The translations under genes and the position numbers were made by a program. Shown here one piece after another: positions 29,057-37,309 of a stretch of DNA of 64,000 nt. Source of the DNA: a virus; IMG/VR virus record IMGVR_UViG_3300040801_004562, positions 1 through 64,000 of that record; one strand, 5' to 3'. A model generated the notes under the pieces. It was not told the origin of the DNA. It did not search any database and saw nothing but the letters and a program-made list of their open reading frames with translations. Positions within the stretch are counted from its first letter, which is position 1, and each line of letters starts with the position of its first letter.

Positions 29057-30544
29057 ATGTCCGAGATCAAAGGCCAAGTTTCCATCCCCCGCGAGTACTT
29101 CTTCAAAATGGCTTGTGCAGACTATGAGTCCTGGCAAGCTGCCCTGCCCCGCGAGTTCTTCCAGAATTCCATTGATGCTGGGGCCTCTAAGATAGAGGTC
29201 ACCTTTGATGACGCTGCCCGTCTGGTCACTGTCGTTGATAACGGCAGCGGGATGAGCCTGCAGACCCTGACTGAAAAACTGCTGGTCCTGGGCGGGTCCT
29301 TGAAAGACAGCGCCAGTGCGGTTGGGGCCTTTGGCAAGGCGAAAGAGCTGCTGTTCTTCTCCTGGGATCGGTATGAAATCTTGACCAAGGATCTGCGGGT
29401 TGTGGGGGTTGGTGCCGAGTACACCATCACCCATACTGCCACCCAGGTGGGAGGGACCACTTGCAAAATTTGGCTTCCGGACGGAAGTCCGCTCGATTAC
29501 CTCAAGAATTCCTTCACCACGGTGGCGGGGCGGATGCAAACTGCTGCCAAAATTTATGTGGACGGGGAGCGGTGTGACGGAACCCTTCGCCGGGGGACCC
29601 CTGTCAGAACCATTGAGAATATCGGCCAGATTTACCAGACCAAGTGCCGCCAGAATTCCTACATGGCGGTTCGGATCAACGGAATTTGGATGTTTGCCCT
29701 TTATGTTGGGGACGGCAAGGGGGAGTTGGTCCTTGAACTTGAGCGGTCCAGCCTTGAACTGCTGACCAGCAACCGGGACGGCTTCAAGTGGCCCCACGGT
29801 AGAGATATCAGCAAGGTGGTTGCTGACTTGTTGATCAATCCTGATTCGGCCCTGTCCAAAAAGAAGAACATTGTCAAGGAGCGCATCCGGGGCACCGGGA
29901 AAGTCCGGGTTGCTGCTGAGGCGGTTGATCGCGCAAGGGGTGTCATGGAGACCGGATCCATCAATGATTTCCGGGATGCTGTGAAGGCCATGCTGCTGGA
30001 CCTTGGGCAGCTCCAGGGTTTGGCGAAGGCGCGTGCCAACGACCTGAAGCAGCTCGCCAAGACGGATAACCGTGAGGCCCTGAGCCTGCTGTCCCTTGCC
30101 GGTTACCAGCCGGATTTTGTCCTGAAGTATGAGGACGGCCAGCGGAAAACGGTGGCTTCCTTCATGTCCAAGCCTCGGGCCTCTATGCTGAGCAAGATTT
30201 GGACGGAGACCATCCGGCAGGTGTTGCTGGATAACCGGATTTCCCTGGAGTTCTCTGCCGGGTTCGTCTTTGATGATGATGTGGAAGCCTGCATAGAGCG
30301 GGTTGACGGTGACGTTACCATCTACGTGAATCCCCTGAAGATCGGGAAGATCTCACCTCGGAGAATCCTGATGGGCGATTTGACCATGAAGGCGGCCCAT
30401 GAGCTTTCCCACCTGAAAGTCAGCGAGCACAATGAAGCGTTCGTGAATGAACTCCACCGGATGATGGGGGAGACCTACAAGAGCGATTACTGTTACATCA
30501 AGATCGGAAAGATCAAAGCTTCCGATGAATACCGGGGGAGGTAA
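29057..30544 (+). CDS. GHKL (Hsp90/MORC-like) ATPase fused to C-terminal HEXXH zincin-like domain
   Basis: REFFQNSIDA, DNGSGM, GAFG, GT; AAHELSH..EHNEAF. Confidence 0.8.
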   Translation: MSEIKGQVSIPREYFFKMACADYESWQAALPREFFQNSIDAGASKIEVTFDDAARLVTVVDNGSGMSLQTLTEKLLVLGGSLKDSASAVGAFGKAKELLFFSWDRYEILTKDLRVVGVGAEYTITHTATQVGGTTCKIWLPDGSPLDYLKNSFTTVAGRMQTAAKIYVDGERCDGTLRRGTPVRTIENIGQIYQTKCRQNSYMAVRINGIWMFALYVGDGKGELVLELERSSLELLTSNRDGFKWPHGRDISKVVADLLINPDSALSKKKNIVKERIRGTGKVRVAAEAVDRARGVMETGSINDFRDAVKAMLLDLGQLQGLAKARANDLKQLAKTDNREALSLLSLAGYQPDFVLKYEDGQRKTVASFMSKPRASMLSKIWTETIRQVLLDNRISLEFSAGFVFDDDVEACIERVDGDVTIYVNPLKIGKISPRRILMGDLTMKAAHELSHLKVSEHNEAFVNELHRMMGETYKSDYCYIKIGKIKASDEYRGR

Positions 30545-30547
30545 GAA

Positions 30548-30895
30548 ATGAAAGCTGCTGCCAAAACCCCTGGAGATCGGGTGCTCGAAGCGCTCAGGAT
30601 TGTAAACCGGCTGCGGAGGGTCACGAGGGGGCGTGACCCATCCCTTTATCGGGAATTGCAGAAGGTCCGGAATCAGCTTGTTGAAGCCCGCCGGGACCTG
30701 CGGACTGAGGAGAATCCTGAAATTGCAAACGTTTGCAAAGATATGAAACCGGCGGACCAGATGACAGACAAGGAGATCAAGGACGTGCTGTTCCGGCATT
30801 ACCAGTGGCCGCCGAGCTGCCTTCCCAAAGATGGGGATAAGCTCCGGCAGTTGTTGCTTGATTGCCGAAAGCGCCATCCGCAGATCAGACAGTAG
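30548..30895 (+). CDS. hypothetical protein
   Basis: RBS GGAGGT. Confidence 0.6.
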   Translation: MKAAAKTPGDRVLEALRIVNRLRRVTRGRDPSLYRELQKVRNQLVEARRDLRTEENPEIANVCKDMKPADQMTDKEIKDVLFRHYQWPPSCLPKDGDKLRQLLLDCRKRHPQIRQ

Positions 30896-30920
30896 AGACT
30901 GCTGTTTGCAAAGAAAGGAG

Positions 30921-30980
30921 GTATAACTGTACGAAACCGTATTCTATGATACTCCACCGTATTGTATCTAACAGTGTCCA
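30921..30980 (+). repeat. 5-nt periodic array 1 (AY-NNN x10, flanked by GT-NNN)
   Basis: actgt acgaa accgt attct atgat actcc accgt attgt atcta acagt. Confidence 0.9.
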
Positions 30981-31003
30981 TTAGAGGAGGTAGAACCGTC
31001 CGA

Positions 31004-31078
31004 ACCCCACGGTACCGAATCTTATTGGATAGAACAGCACCGCATCCTATTGAATTGTATAGAACTGGACGGTATCAC
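31004..31078 (+). repeat. 5-nt periodic array 2 (AY-NNN x15)
   Basis: acccc acggt accga atctt attgg ataga acagc accgc atcct attga attgt ataga actgg acggt atcac. Confidence 0.95.
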
Positions 31079-31093
31079 CTCAGAGGAATTAAA

Positions 31094-31732
31094 ATGGAGA
31101 TCACAAAAAAAGCGCGGTTTGTAACGAAGTTTTACGGGGGGCGTCCATATTGCCAGGGAGAGGAGATCGTAGAGCAGTGGCTGGCGGATCAGACCGATAA
31201 GCTGGCTCACCCAAGATATGCGGAGTTGAACAAAGCGATCAAGAGCCCTGACAAGCTGGAGCGCATCCTGTCTGTGTTCAATGTCAATGATGATGGGCAC
31301 CCGATCATCGGAAACTGGATGCTGCTTCGCTGTTCGATCAATGCCCAGAAACTGTCGGGGACGTGGAAAAAATACAAGGTGTCGGCGGACCGGTGGAGAT
31401 CGATGGTGCAGTTCACGCCCCCGTTCTGCCCGCTGGTCAACGGATCTCGGCTTGTTCAACCTGATGGGGTGGACGTTTATACGGTGACCACCCCGAAGAA
31501 CAGCTTCTTCACTGCATACCAGCTTGTGAATTCTGGGACGAAATTCAAGTTTACGATCCACGTGCCGGACGATCTATGTGAGATCGCAGTAAAAGACGCC
31601 GATGGAAATGTCACCACTGAAGCCGATGAGGAGCAGACGTTAGCCTGCGTGACAGACATTCTGGACAAGATGCAGATTATCGGTCTCGGTGCCTTCCGTG
31701 AACGGTATGGGAAGTTCGAGTACTTTGAATAG
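31094..31732 (+). CDS. solitary Cas7/RAMP-like protein (212 aa)
   Basis: N-terminal strand ending FYGGRP, F..NDDGHPII..W.L, C-terminal Gly-rich loop IGLGAFRERYGKF; RBS AGAGGA before ATG 31094. Confidence 0.7.
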   Translation: MEITKKARFVTKFYGGRPYCQGEEIVEQWLADQTDKLAHPRYAELNKAIKSPDKLERILSVFNVNDDGHPIIGNWMLLRCSINAQKLSGTWKKYKVSADRWRSMVQFTPPFCPLVNGSRLVQPDGVDVYTVTTPKNSFFTAYQLVNSGTKFKFTIHVPDDLCEIAVKDADGNVTTEADEEQTLACVTDILDKMQIIGLGAFRERYGKFEYFE

Positions 31733-31803
31733 CATAATACCGAATAACCTCCCATCCGATGGTGTGCGATAGGATCTTATGGCATGCTATTTTATGTGAT
31801 TTG
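31729..31803 (+). repeat. 5-nt periodic array 3 (13 of 15 pentamers AY-NNN)
   Basis: atagc ataat accga ataac ctccc atccg atggt gtgcg atagg atctt atggc atgct atttt atgtg atttg. Confidence 0.9.
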
Positions 31804-31836
31804 AACAAACCCCCGAGGGGGTATCTGAGACCGCCC

Positions 31837-31901
31837 ATCCTACTCAATGTGATGCTATTTTATGGGATTCAATCAAATAGTAACTGATGGCATGTTATTA
31901 A
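31837..31901 (+). repeat. 5-nt periodic array 4 (12 of 13 pentamers AY-NNN)
   Basis: atcct actca atgtg atgct atttt atggg attca atcaa atagt aactg atggc atgtt attaa. Confidence 0.9.
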
Positions 31902-31967
31902 CCGACCGGATCGGCCGAATCGAATTGATCGACCGGCTGACTGGTCAACCAAGAAAGGAGACAGAAA

Positions 31968-32270
31968 ATGGGAGAGAACTTGAAGCCGTTGGTAGATGAG
32001 AAAATCGTTGGTAAGTTCATCGACAAGGCCCTGACGCTTGGGGCCGGACTACTGGAAAAGGCGGAGACTGACAATGCTGCCCACATTCTGAGGATCCTGA
32101 AGGACCTTAGTCCGTATGTGGGAAATGGGGTCGGGATGGTCTCCCAGGCCACGGCACGGGAGCGGAACACGATTGTCGAAAAGAAGATGGCACAGTTGGG
32201 GTATAAGAAACGGGAAGAGGAAGATAAAAGAACAGGCCAAGTTGATCAGAAAGGAGACCCGGCACAATGA
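31968..32270 (+). CDS. hypothetical protein
   Basis: RBS AAGGAG. Confidence 0.65.
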   Translation: MGENLKPLVDEKIVGKFIDKALTLGAGLLEKAETDNAAHILRILKDLSPYVGNGVGMVSQATARERNTIVEKKMAQLGYKKREEEDKRTGQVDQKGDPAQ

Positions 32271-33430
32271 ACTTTGCCAACCTGGATCGTCAGGCTGCGA
32301 TGTACTTCCGCGAGCTGAACGCTGCTGTGGCGGACGTCTGCAGCCACGCCAAGTTTATCCTGGGACCGGAGGTAGAGCACTTCGAGTCCCTCATGGCCGA
32401 GCGCTGCAAGAGGAAGCACGCCATCGGCTGCGCCTCCGGGACTGATGCACTGACCATGGCCCTGATGGTTGCCCGTTCCTGGAAGAAGACCGGGGGAACT
32501 GTCCTGACTTCTCCCTTCTGCTTCGTTGCGACGGCGGAGGCTGCTGCCCTTCTCGGGATGGAGGTCCTCTTTTCGGACATCGAAGTCGAGACCTTCTCCC
32601 TTGACCCGGAATATGTCTGGGCGGAGGTGAACCGGCAGGCCCCCTGGTGGCGTCCTACCGACGGTCGACTCCGGACCCTGGATGCGGTTGTGATCCCCAA
32701 TATGTTTGGGAGGATGGCCCAGTGGGAGCGGTTCGAGAAACTCCAAGCGCGGGGGATCATCCTTATTGAGGACGCTGCCCAGTCCTTCGGTGCCTCACGG
32801 GGTGGTAGGCCCTCCGGGTGCTTCGGTGATATGTCTATTCTCTCGTTTTTCCCCACCAAGCCTCTGGGATGTTATGGGGACGGTGGGATGGTCCTGACCG
32901 ACTCTGATGAATACGCCGACATGTTGCGATCGATCCGGTCCCACGGCTGCGGGAATTCCAAGTATGATCACCGGATGGTCGGGATGAATTCCAGGCTGGA
33001 CACGATCCAGGCTGCTGTCCTGCTGACCAAGATTGAATGGGTAGAGAAGGAGCGGTCCCGGCGGATAATGACCGCCCAGCACTACTGTTCCGAGTTTGAC
33101 GGGCTCGACTGGCTGTACGTCCCTGAACATGGGGAGGACTCAGCCGTTGCCCAGTTCTCCCTTCTCCTTCCGAACAAGCGGATTCGGTACGCGTTCCAGG
33201 AATACATGAAATCCCAGGGAATCCCGACCATGGTGCACTACCCGAAACCGTTGAATTTACAGGTCCCCTACCTCGACGGGAAGGTTTACGAGCAGGCCCA
33301 GGAAACGTGTGGGAGAATAGTCCAGATCCCCTGCGATGCTTACATGACAGATGAGGAAGTTCTTCAAGTGGTGACGGCGGTGAAGATGTTCGATTCCGCC
33401 CCAATGTTCGGATTGACAAGCGAAGGATAG
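32267..33430 (+). CDS. DegT/DnrJ/EryC1/StrS PLP-dependent sugar aminotransferase
   Basis: SGTDAL, IEDAAQS, SFFPTKPLGCYGDGG, NSRLDTIQAA. Confidence 0.95.
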   Translation: MNFANLDRQAAMYFRELNAAVADVCSHAKFILGPEVEHFESLMAERCKRKHAIGCASGTDALTMALMVARSWKKTGGTVLTSPFCFVATAEAAALLGMEVLFSDIEVETFSLDPEYVWAEVNRQAPWWRPTDGRLRTLDAVVIPNMFGRMAQWERFEKLQARGIILIEDAAQSFGASRGGRPSGCFGDMSILSFFPTKPLGCYGDGGMVLTDSDEYADMLRSIRSHGCGNSKYDHRMVGMNSRLDTIQAAVLLTKIEWVEKERSRRIMTAQHYCSEFDGLDWLYVPEHGEDSAVAQFSLLLPNKRIRYAFQEYMKSQGIPTMVHYPKPLNLQVPYLDGKVYEQAQETCGRIVQIPCDAYMTDEEVLQVVTAVKMFDSAPMFGLTSEG

Positions 33431-33480
33431 GAATAGCCGAACGGGACTGTGGCGGTCCCCAAACTGAGAGGAGATTGACA

Positions 33481-34965
33481 ATGGCTGCAAAGAAGACGGA
33501 GGTTGTGAAGGCACCCAAGAAGAAGACCGAGATTGAGGTGCTGAGCAAGAAGCTGCAGATTGCCCTGCAACGGCACGGTGAAATGCAGAACAGTATTTCG
33601 CGGGATGGGAACCAGCTTGTGGTGCCCTCCTTTATGAAGCTGCAGGATGCAGCGGATGCGATCATGGCCTGGGAGACGGCGATGGAGGATGACGCCACCC
33701 AGATCCTGGAGTGGAAAGGACACCGGACGGAGATCCTGGTTGCCATTGAAAGCGGGCTGAGGAAATGCTTCGGGCAGTTCTTCGGAACCTCGTCTGAAGT
33801 GCAGACGTTCTTTGGGGCCTTCAAGCAGAGCGGACGTCAGATCACCCTGTCTGTTGGTCCAGGAAAAACGAAGACTGTTCCGATCGGTCGGGTGACCATC
33901 CCTGGCCTGCCGATTACGATGGATGTTGGGGCCGGGAATAAGTCGTCGGACAACCCGATGGAGGATGTTGCCGGGATCAGGCTCAACTACAAGAAAAAGT
34001 TCGAGCCCCTTGTTGCCATGATCAAGACGGCAGTGGACGAAGAGTTGAAGAAGAACAGCGTCTTCAAGGGGCAGGCGGTTGATAGCGACTTCAACTTCCT
34101 GGACCTGAACGCGTTCCCGACAGACAAGATCGTCTACTCTGAGCGAATCCGGCAGCAGCTTGACGGCAACGTCTTCGGGCCTGTCCGAAACTGGAAGCGG
34201 CTGATTGAACTCGGCCTGTCGGTGAGACGCTCGATCCTGCTGCACGGCCAGTATGGGACCGGCAAGACCCTGACGGCCCTGCTTGCTGCCAAGTGCTGCC
34301 TGGAGAATGGCTGGACGTTTATGAACGTTCTGCCCGGCGGGTCGATTACGCACGCCATTGATTTTGCGAATCGCTACCAGCCCGCGCTGGTGTTCTTCGA
34401 AGACATCGATATGGTGGCGGGGCACGGCAGAACCAGCGGGGTGAATGAAATCCTGAATGTGGTGGACGGGTTCCTGTCGAAGCAGTCCAAGGTGATGATT
34501 GTTCTCACGACGAACCACACCGACAAGATTGAGAAAGCCATGCTCCGGCCGGGACGGATCGATGCCGTTATCAAGATGGGGGATGTAGACGCCAATGTCC
34601 TGCTGAAAATGATCCAGTCGTACTGCCCGAATATGACGAACGGACTGGATATTGGCTCGCTGGTCAAGGCGTCTGAGGGATTCACCCCGTCCTTTGTTGC
34701 GGAAGCCTGCCAGCGCTCGGTGCTCTATGCTCTGGAGCGGTCACGCGGGAACGGCGGGGAGCTGAAGATTGCCTCCGAAGACATCGAAGCCTCGCTGATC
34801 GGACTGCGCGACCAGTTTGAACTGATGACTGCGAAGGCGAATATCCCGCCGACCCCGATGGATGCGGTCTTTGCCGGGATGCTGGAGCACCACCTTGCCG
34901 GGCTGCGGAACCAGATATCGACGATGCTGGAGAAGGAGTTCGGTATGGAGAGGGAGGACCGATGA
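33481..34965 (+). CDS. AAA+ ATPase
   Basis: GQYGTGKT, FFEDID, TTN, LRPGRID. Confidence 0.9.
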   Translation: MAAKKTEVVKAPKKKTEIEVLSKKLQIALQRHGEMQNSISRDGNQLVVPSFMKLQDAADAIMAWETAMEDDATQILEWKGHRTEILVAIESGLRKCFGQFFGTSSEVQTFFGAFKQSGRQITLSVGPGKTKTVPIGRVTIPGLPITMDVGAGNKSSDNPMEDVAGIRLNYKKKFEPLVAMIKTAVDEELKKNSVFKGQAVDSDFNFLDLNAFPTDKIVYSERIRQQLDGNVFGPVRNWKRLIELGLSVRRSILLHGQYGTGKTLTALLAAKCCLENGWTFMNVLPGGSITHAIDFANRYQPALVFFEDIDMVAGHGRTSGVNEILNVVDGFLSKQSKVMIVLTTNHTDKIEKAMLRPGRIDAVIKMGDVDANVLLKMIQSYCPNMTNGLDIGSLVKASEGFTPSFVAEACQRSVLYALERSRGNGGELKIASEDIEASLIGLRDQFELMTAKANIPPTPMDAVFAGMLEHHLAGLRNQISTMLEKEFGMEREDR

Positions 34966-35159
34966 CCGCTGCCTGGACCTTGGAGGTTTGCATCCACGGG
35001 GTGCGAGAGGAGCCGGACGGCCACCCTTGCCCAGAATGCCAGAAAATTGCAGCGTCGCTGGGATGGGAGGTGGTGCCCGGAATTGCCACCTATATTTTCA
35101 CGGAGGATTGGGTACGGAGGAACAAGAAAAAATTTCCAGAATTACTACCGAATGAGTAA
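34962..35159 (+). CDS. small Zn-finger hypothetical protein
   Basis: ATGA overlap; CIH...CPEC. Confidence 0.5.
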   Translation: MTAAWTLEVCIHGVREEPDGHPCPECQKIAASLGWEVVPGIATYIFTEDWVRRNKKKFPELLPNE

Positions 35160-35250
35160 TCTTACGGGAGAGCACAGCCTGAATGTCTACCGCTGAGCAA
35201 TTCTACGGGAGAGCACAGCCGGTATTACTACCGAGTGAGTAATACCGGCT
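35141..35250 (+). repeat. ~41-bp tandem repeat (2.5 units) ending in a 13-bp perfect hairpin
   Basis: TACGGGAGAGCACAGCC at 35163 and 35204; CTACCG..TGAGYAAT x3; AGCCGGTATTACT/AGTAATACCGGCT. Confidence 0.8.
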
Positions 35251-35745
35251 TCTCCGTTTCTTCTTTCCTCAGTTTACTCCGATACCGTAGAGCATGTAGT
35301 AAATCACCGCCGTTTTCCCTCGCGACGAAATTTTTGACGAAAAATCCAGGCATTGCTTTTGCTTTCAGGTTTTCCGTTCAGAAGTCGTCGCAAATCCACT
35401 AATACCAACGCTTTCCCGAACGACGCCGCATTTGACCAGCAAGGAACTTTCGACCCGACCGCCTTCCCCTTATATTGACCTCCGCGATACCGTATATAAC
35501 GAATCTTTGTCAAGATCTTCGAACTTTAGAGCGGCGATGCTCGGCGAGAAGTGGCGACGGGACATTCAAAACCCAGGCCACCAGTTTACGTCAAAAAAAC
35601 CCGAAAATTTTTTTGGGTCCCACCTTTTGCCCCCTTTGAGCCGTTGAGCAATTCATTTTGCAAACGTTTGCAAATTCCAGAAGACCACAGACCCGACACC
35701 TTTATATAGGCGCTCCCGCCAGACGAAAATTGCCGAAAGACGCTT

Positions 35746-35802
35746 TTTTTGCTTTAGTCGTCGAAACTTCTTGACGAAAAGAATAACATAGGGTAAATTG
35801 AA
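35746..35802 (+). promoter_or_regulatory. repeated early promoter element, copy 2
   Basis: TTGACG 35771, TAAATT 35794. Confidence 0.88.
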
Positions 35803-35841
35803 ACCATGATCACAAACCCCAACAGCATAGGAGGCGCCACC

Positions 35842-36162
35842 ATGTCAGACTTCCAAGTTGTCGGTGTCAAAGTCCAAAAAGCGGAGAAGGCCAGTCAGAA
35901 ATGTCGGATTTACATCCATCCGGAGAGCTTCTCGGTTGCCCAGAATTTTATTGATCGGGCCTACCGGGGCGGGGCTGTCGAGCCCCACAAGATCTACAGA
36001 AAACTGGTCCTGCCGGAGGTTCTTGAGAAACTCGGCCTGCCTGCGGATGGTGTGAAGTTTGGGTGGAGCCGCAAGGCCGGTTGCTCCTGCGGCTGCAGCC
36101 CCGGCTTTGTCTGCAACAGCGGGCATCTGTTCGGCAAGGATGTCTTTGTCACCATCAAATAA
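35842..36162 (+). CDS. hypothetical protein, WSxxAGCxCGCSPGF family (paralog A)
   Basis: RBS GGAGG; motif shared with 36962 ORF. Confidence 0.75.
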   Translation: MSDFQVVGVKVQKAEKASQKCRIYIHPESFSVAQNFIDRAYRGGAVEPHKIYRKLVLPEVLEKLGLPADGVKFGWSRKAGCSCGCSPGFVCNSGHLFGKDVFVTIK

Positions 36163-36203
36163 TTCAGCCGGGGGGCTTCGGCCCCCCTGAAAGGAGATCA
36201 AAA

Positions 36204-36446
36204 ATGTTCGTGACCCAGCCTGCAAAGAGACAGCCCGTTTCCCGGAAACTCTATTATGCCATCTACAAAACCCAGGACGGCCTGGAGTTTCATGTCGGCC
36301 GTAAGATCCTGGAGGTTGCCCGCAGAGAGTCCCTGTCCCAGTCGATCCCTTCTGCTTCCCCTCTCAGAGAGATGGTTCTCAGTGACTGGAGACGTCAGGT
36401 TAGGATTTACCGCATGGCCAAGGTTGCTGATGAGAGCGAGTCCTGA
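36204..36446 (+). CDS. hypothetical protein
   Basis: RBS AAGGAG after GC hairpin. Confidence 0.6.
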   Translation: MFVTQPAKRQPVSRKLYYAIYKTQDGLEFHVGRKILEVARRESLSQSIPSASPLREMVLSDWRRQVRIYRMAKVADESES

Positions 36447-36465
36447 TCAATCCCGCTGCTGATCC

Positions 36466-36492
36466 GGGGGGCTTCGGCCCCCCTCTTTTTTT
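36466..36492 (+). terminator. intrinsic terminator GGGGGGC-TTCG-GCCCCCC + T tract
   Basis: cUUCGg hairpin followed by T run. Confidence 0.8.
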
Positions 36493-36506
36493 GCCGAAAG
36501 ACGATT

Positions 36507-36587
36507 TTTTTGCTTTAGTCGACGAAACTTCTTGACGAAAAGAATAATATAGGGTAAATTGAATCAAAACTTGAAACAAACAAGGAG
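36507..36587 (+). promoter_or_regulatory. repeated early promoter element, copy 3 (with leader and RBS)
   Basis: TTGACG 36532, TAAATT 36555, GAATCAAAACTTGAAACAAACAAGGAG. Confidence 0.88.
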
Positions 36588-36594
36588 ACCACCC

Positions 36595-36894
36595 ATGAAA
36601 AAAATCAGCAAGAAAGACCTTTTCACTCCCGGAATGAAAGTGACGGAGACCAAGGAGATGGGCGGGACCATGTACGGATGGCGGATGATCGGCGGCCACA
36701 TGGGGGCGCGCATCATTGACACCATGCTGAACAAAGCCCGAGCCCTTGGTCTGGAGTGCTTCCTGCCTCCTGCCTATGAGGGGCCTGTTACCTATCGTTC
36801 GGAAGACCACAGTGTGGTCCTGACTGTCCGGAAGCACTATGCCCGGACGGCCAGCAAGAACATGTTCACTGCGGCCCTGTGGATTAGGGACTGA
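36595..36894 (+). CDS. hypothetical protein
   Basis: RBS AAGGAG. Confidence 0.65.
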   Translation: MKKISKKDLFTPGMKVTETKEMGGTMYGWRMIGGHMGARIIDTMLNKARALGLECFLPPAYEGPVTYRSEDHSVVLTVRKHYARTASKNMFTAALWIRD

Positions 36895-36961
36895 TGGAGC
36901 CGGGGGGCTTCGGCCCCCTTCATTTATAACCTGCACCCCAACGCTCAAGGAGACAGCCAAC

Positions 36962-37267
36962 ATGCTTAAAGTCACCGGAATCAGCGTACGCAAGTATTAC
37001 AACATTGATCGGGTCGGGAGAGTCTACTGCCAGCCCCCTGCTGGAATCATCGCTGCCCAGATTTCAGAGTCTTCGGCCACCCTCCAGCGCCTCTACCGCG
37101 AGCAGCTCCTGCCGGTCCTGTGCGAGAAATTCAAGCTCCCGGCTGATGAGGTTAAGTTCTCGTGGAGCAAGGTTGCGGGTTGCAAGTGCGGGTGCAGTCC
37201 CGGTTTCATCTGCAAGAGCAACCACCTGAAGGGAGTGGACGTCACTGTTCATTACGCGGTTGAGTAG
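36962..37267 (+). CDS. hypothetical protein, WSxxAGCxCGCSPGF family (paralog B)
   Basis: RBS AAGGAG; motif shared with 35842 ORF. Confidence 0.75.
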   Translation: MLKVTGISVRKYYNIDRVGRVYCQPPAGIIAAQISESSATLQRLYREQLLPVLCEKFKLPADEVKFSWSKVAGCKCGCSPGFICKSNHLKGVDVTVHYAVE

Positions 37268-37309
37268 AACTTTGGGGGGCTCCGGCCCCCTCCAAAAGGA
37301 GACAGTCAA

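Noticed and set aside
30962-31093. 44-codon N-terminal extension of the RAMP-like ORF in the ORF track
   Set aside because: It is array 2 read in frame; the RBS and ATG at 31094 give the plausible start
30926-31901. Self-target of the concatenated NNN triplets within the window
   Set aside because: No match found by eye for contiguous decoding; needs a computational gapped search
35141-35250. Possible mini CRISPR array
   Set aside because: Only two 17-bp repeats, and the intervening sequences are similar to each other
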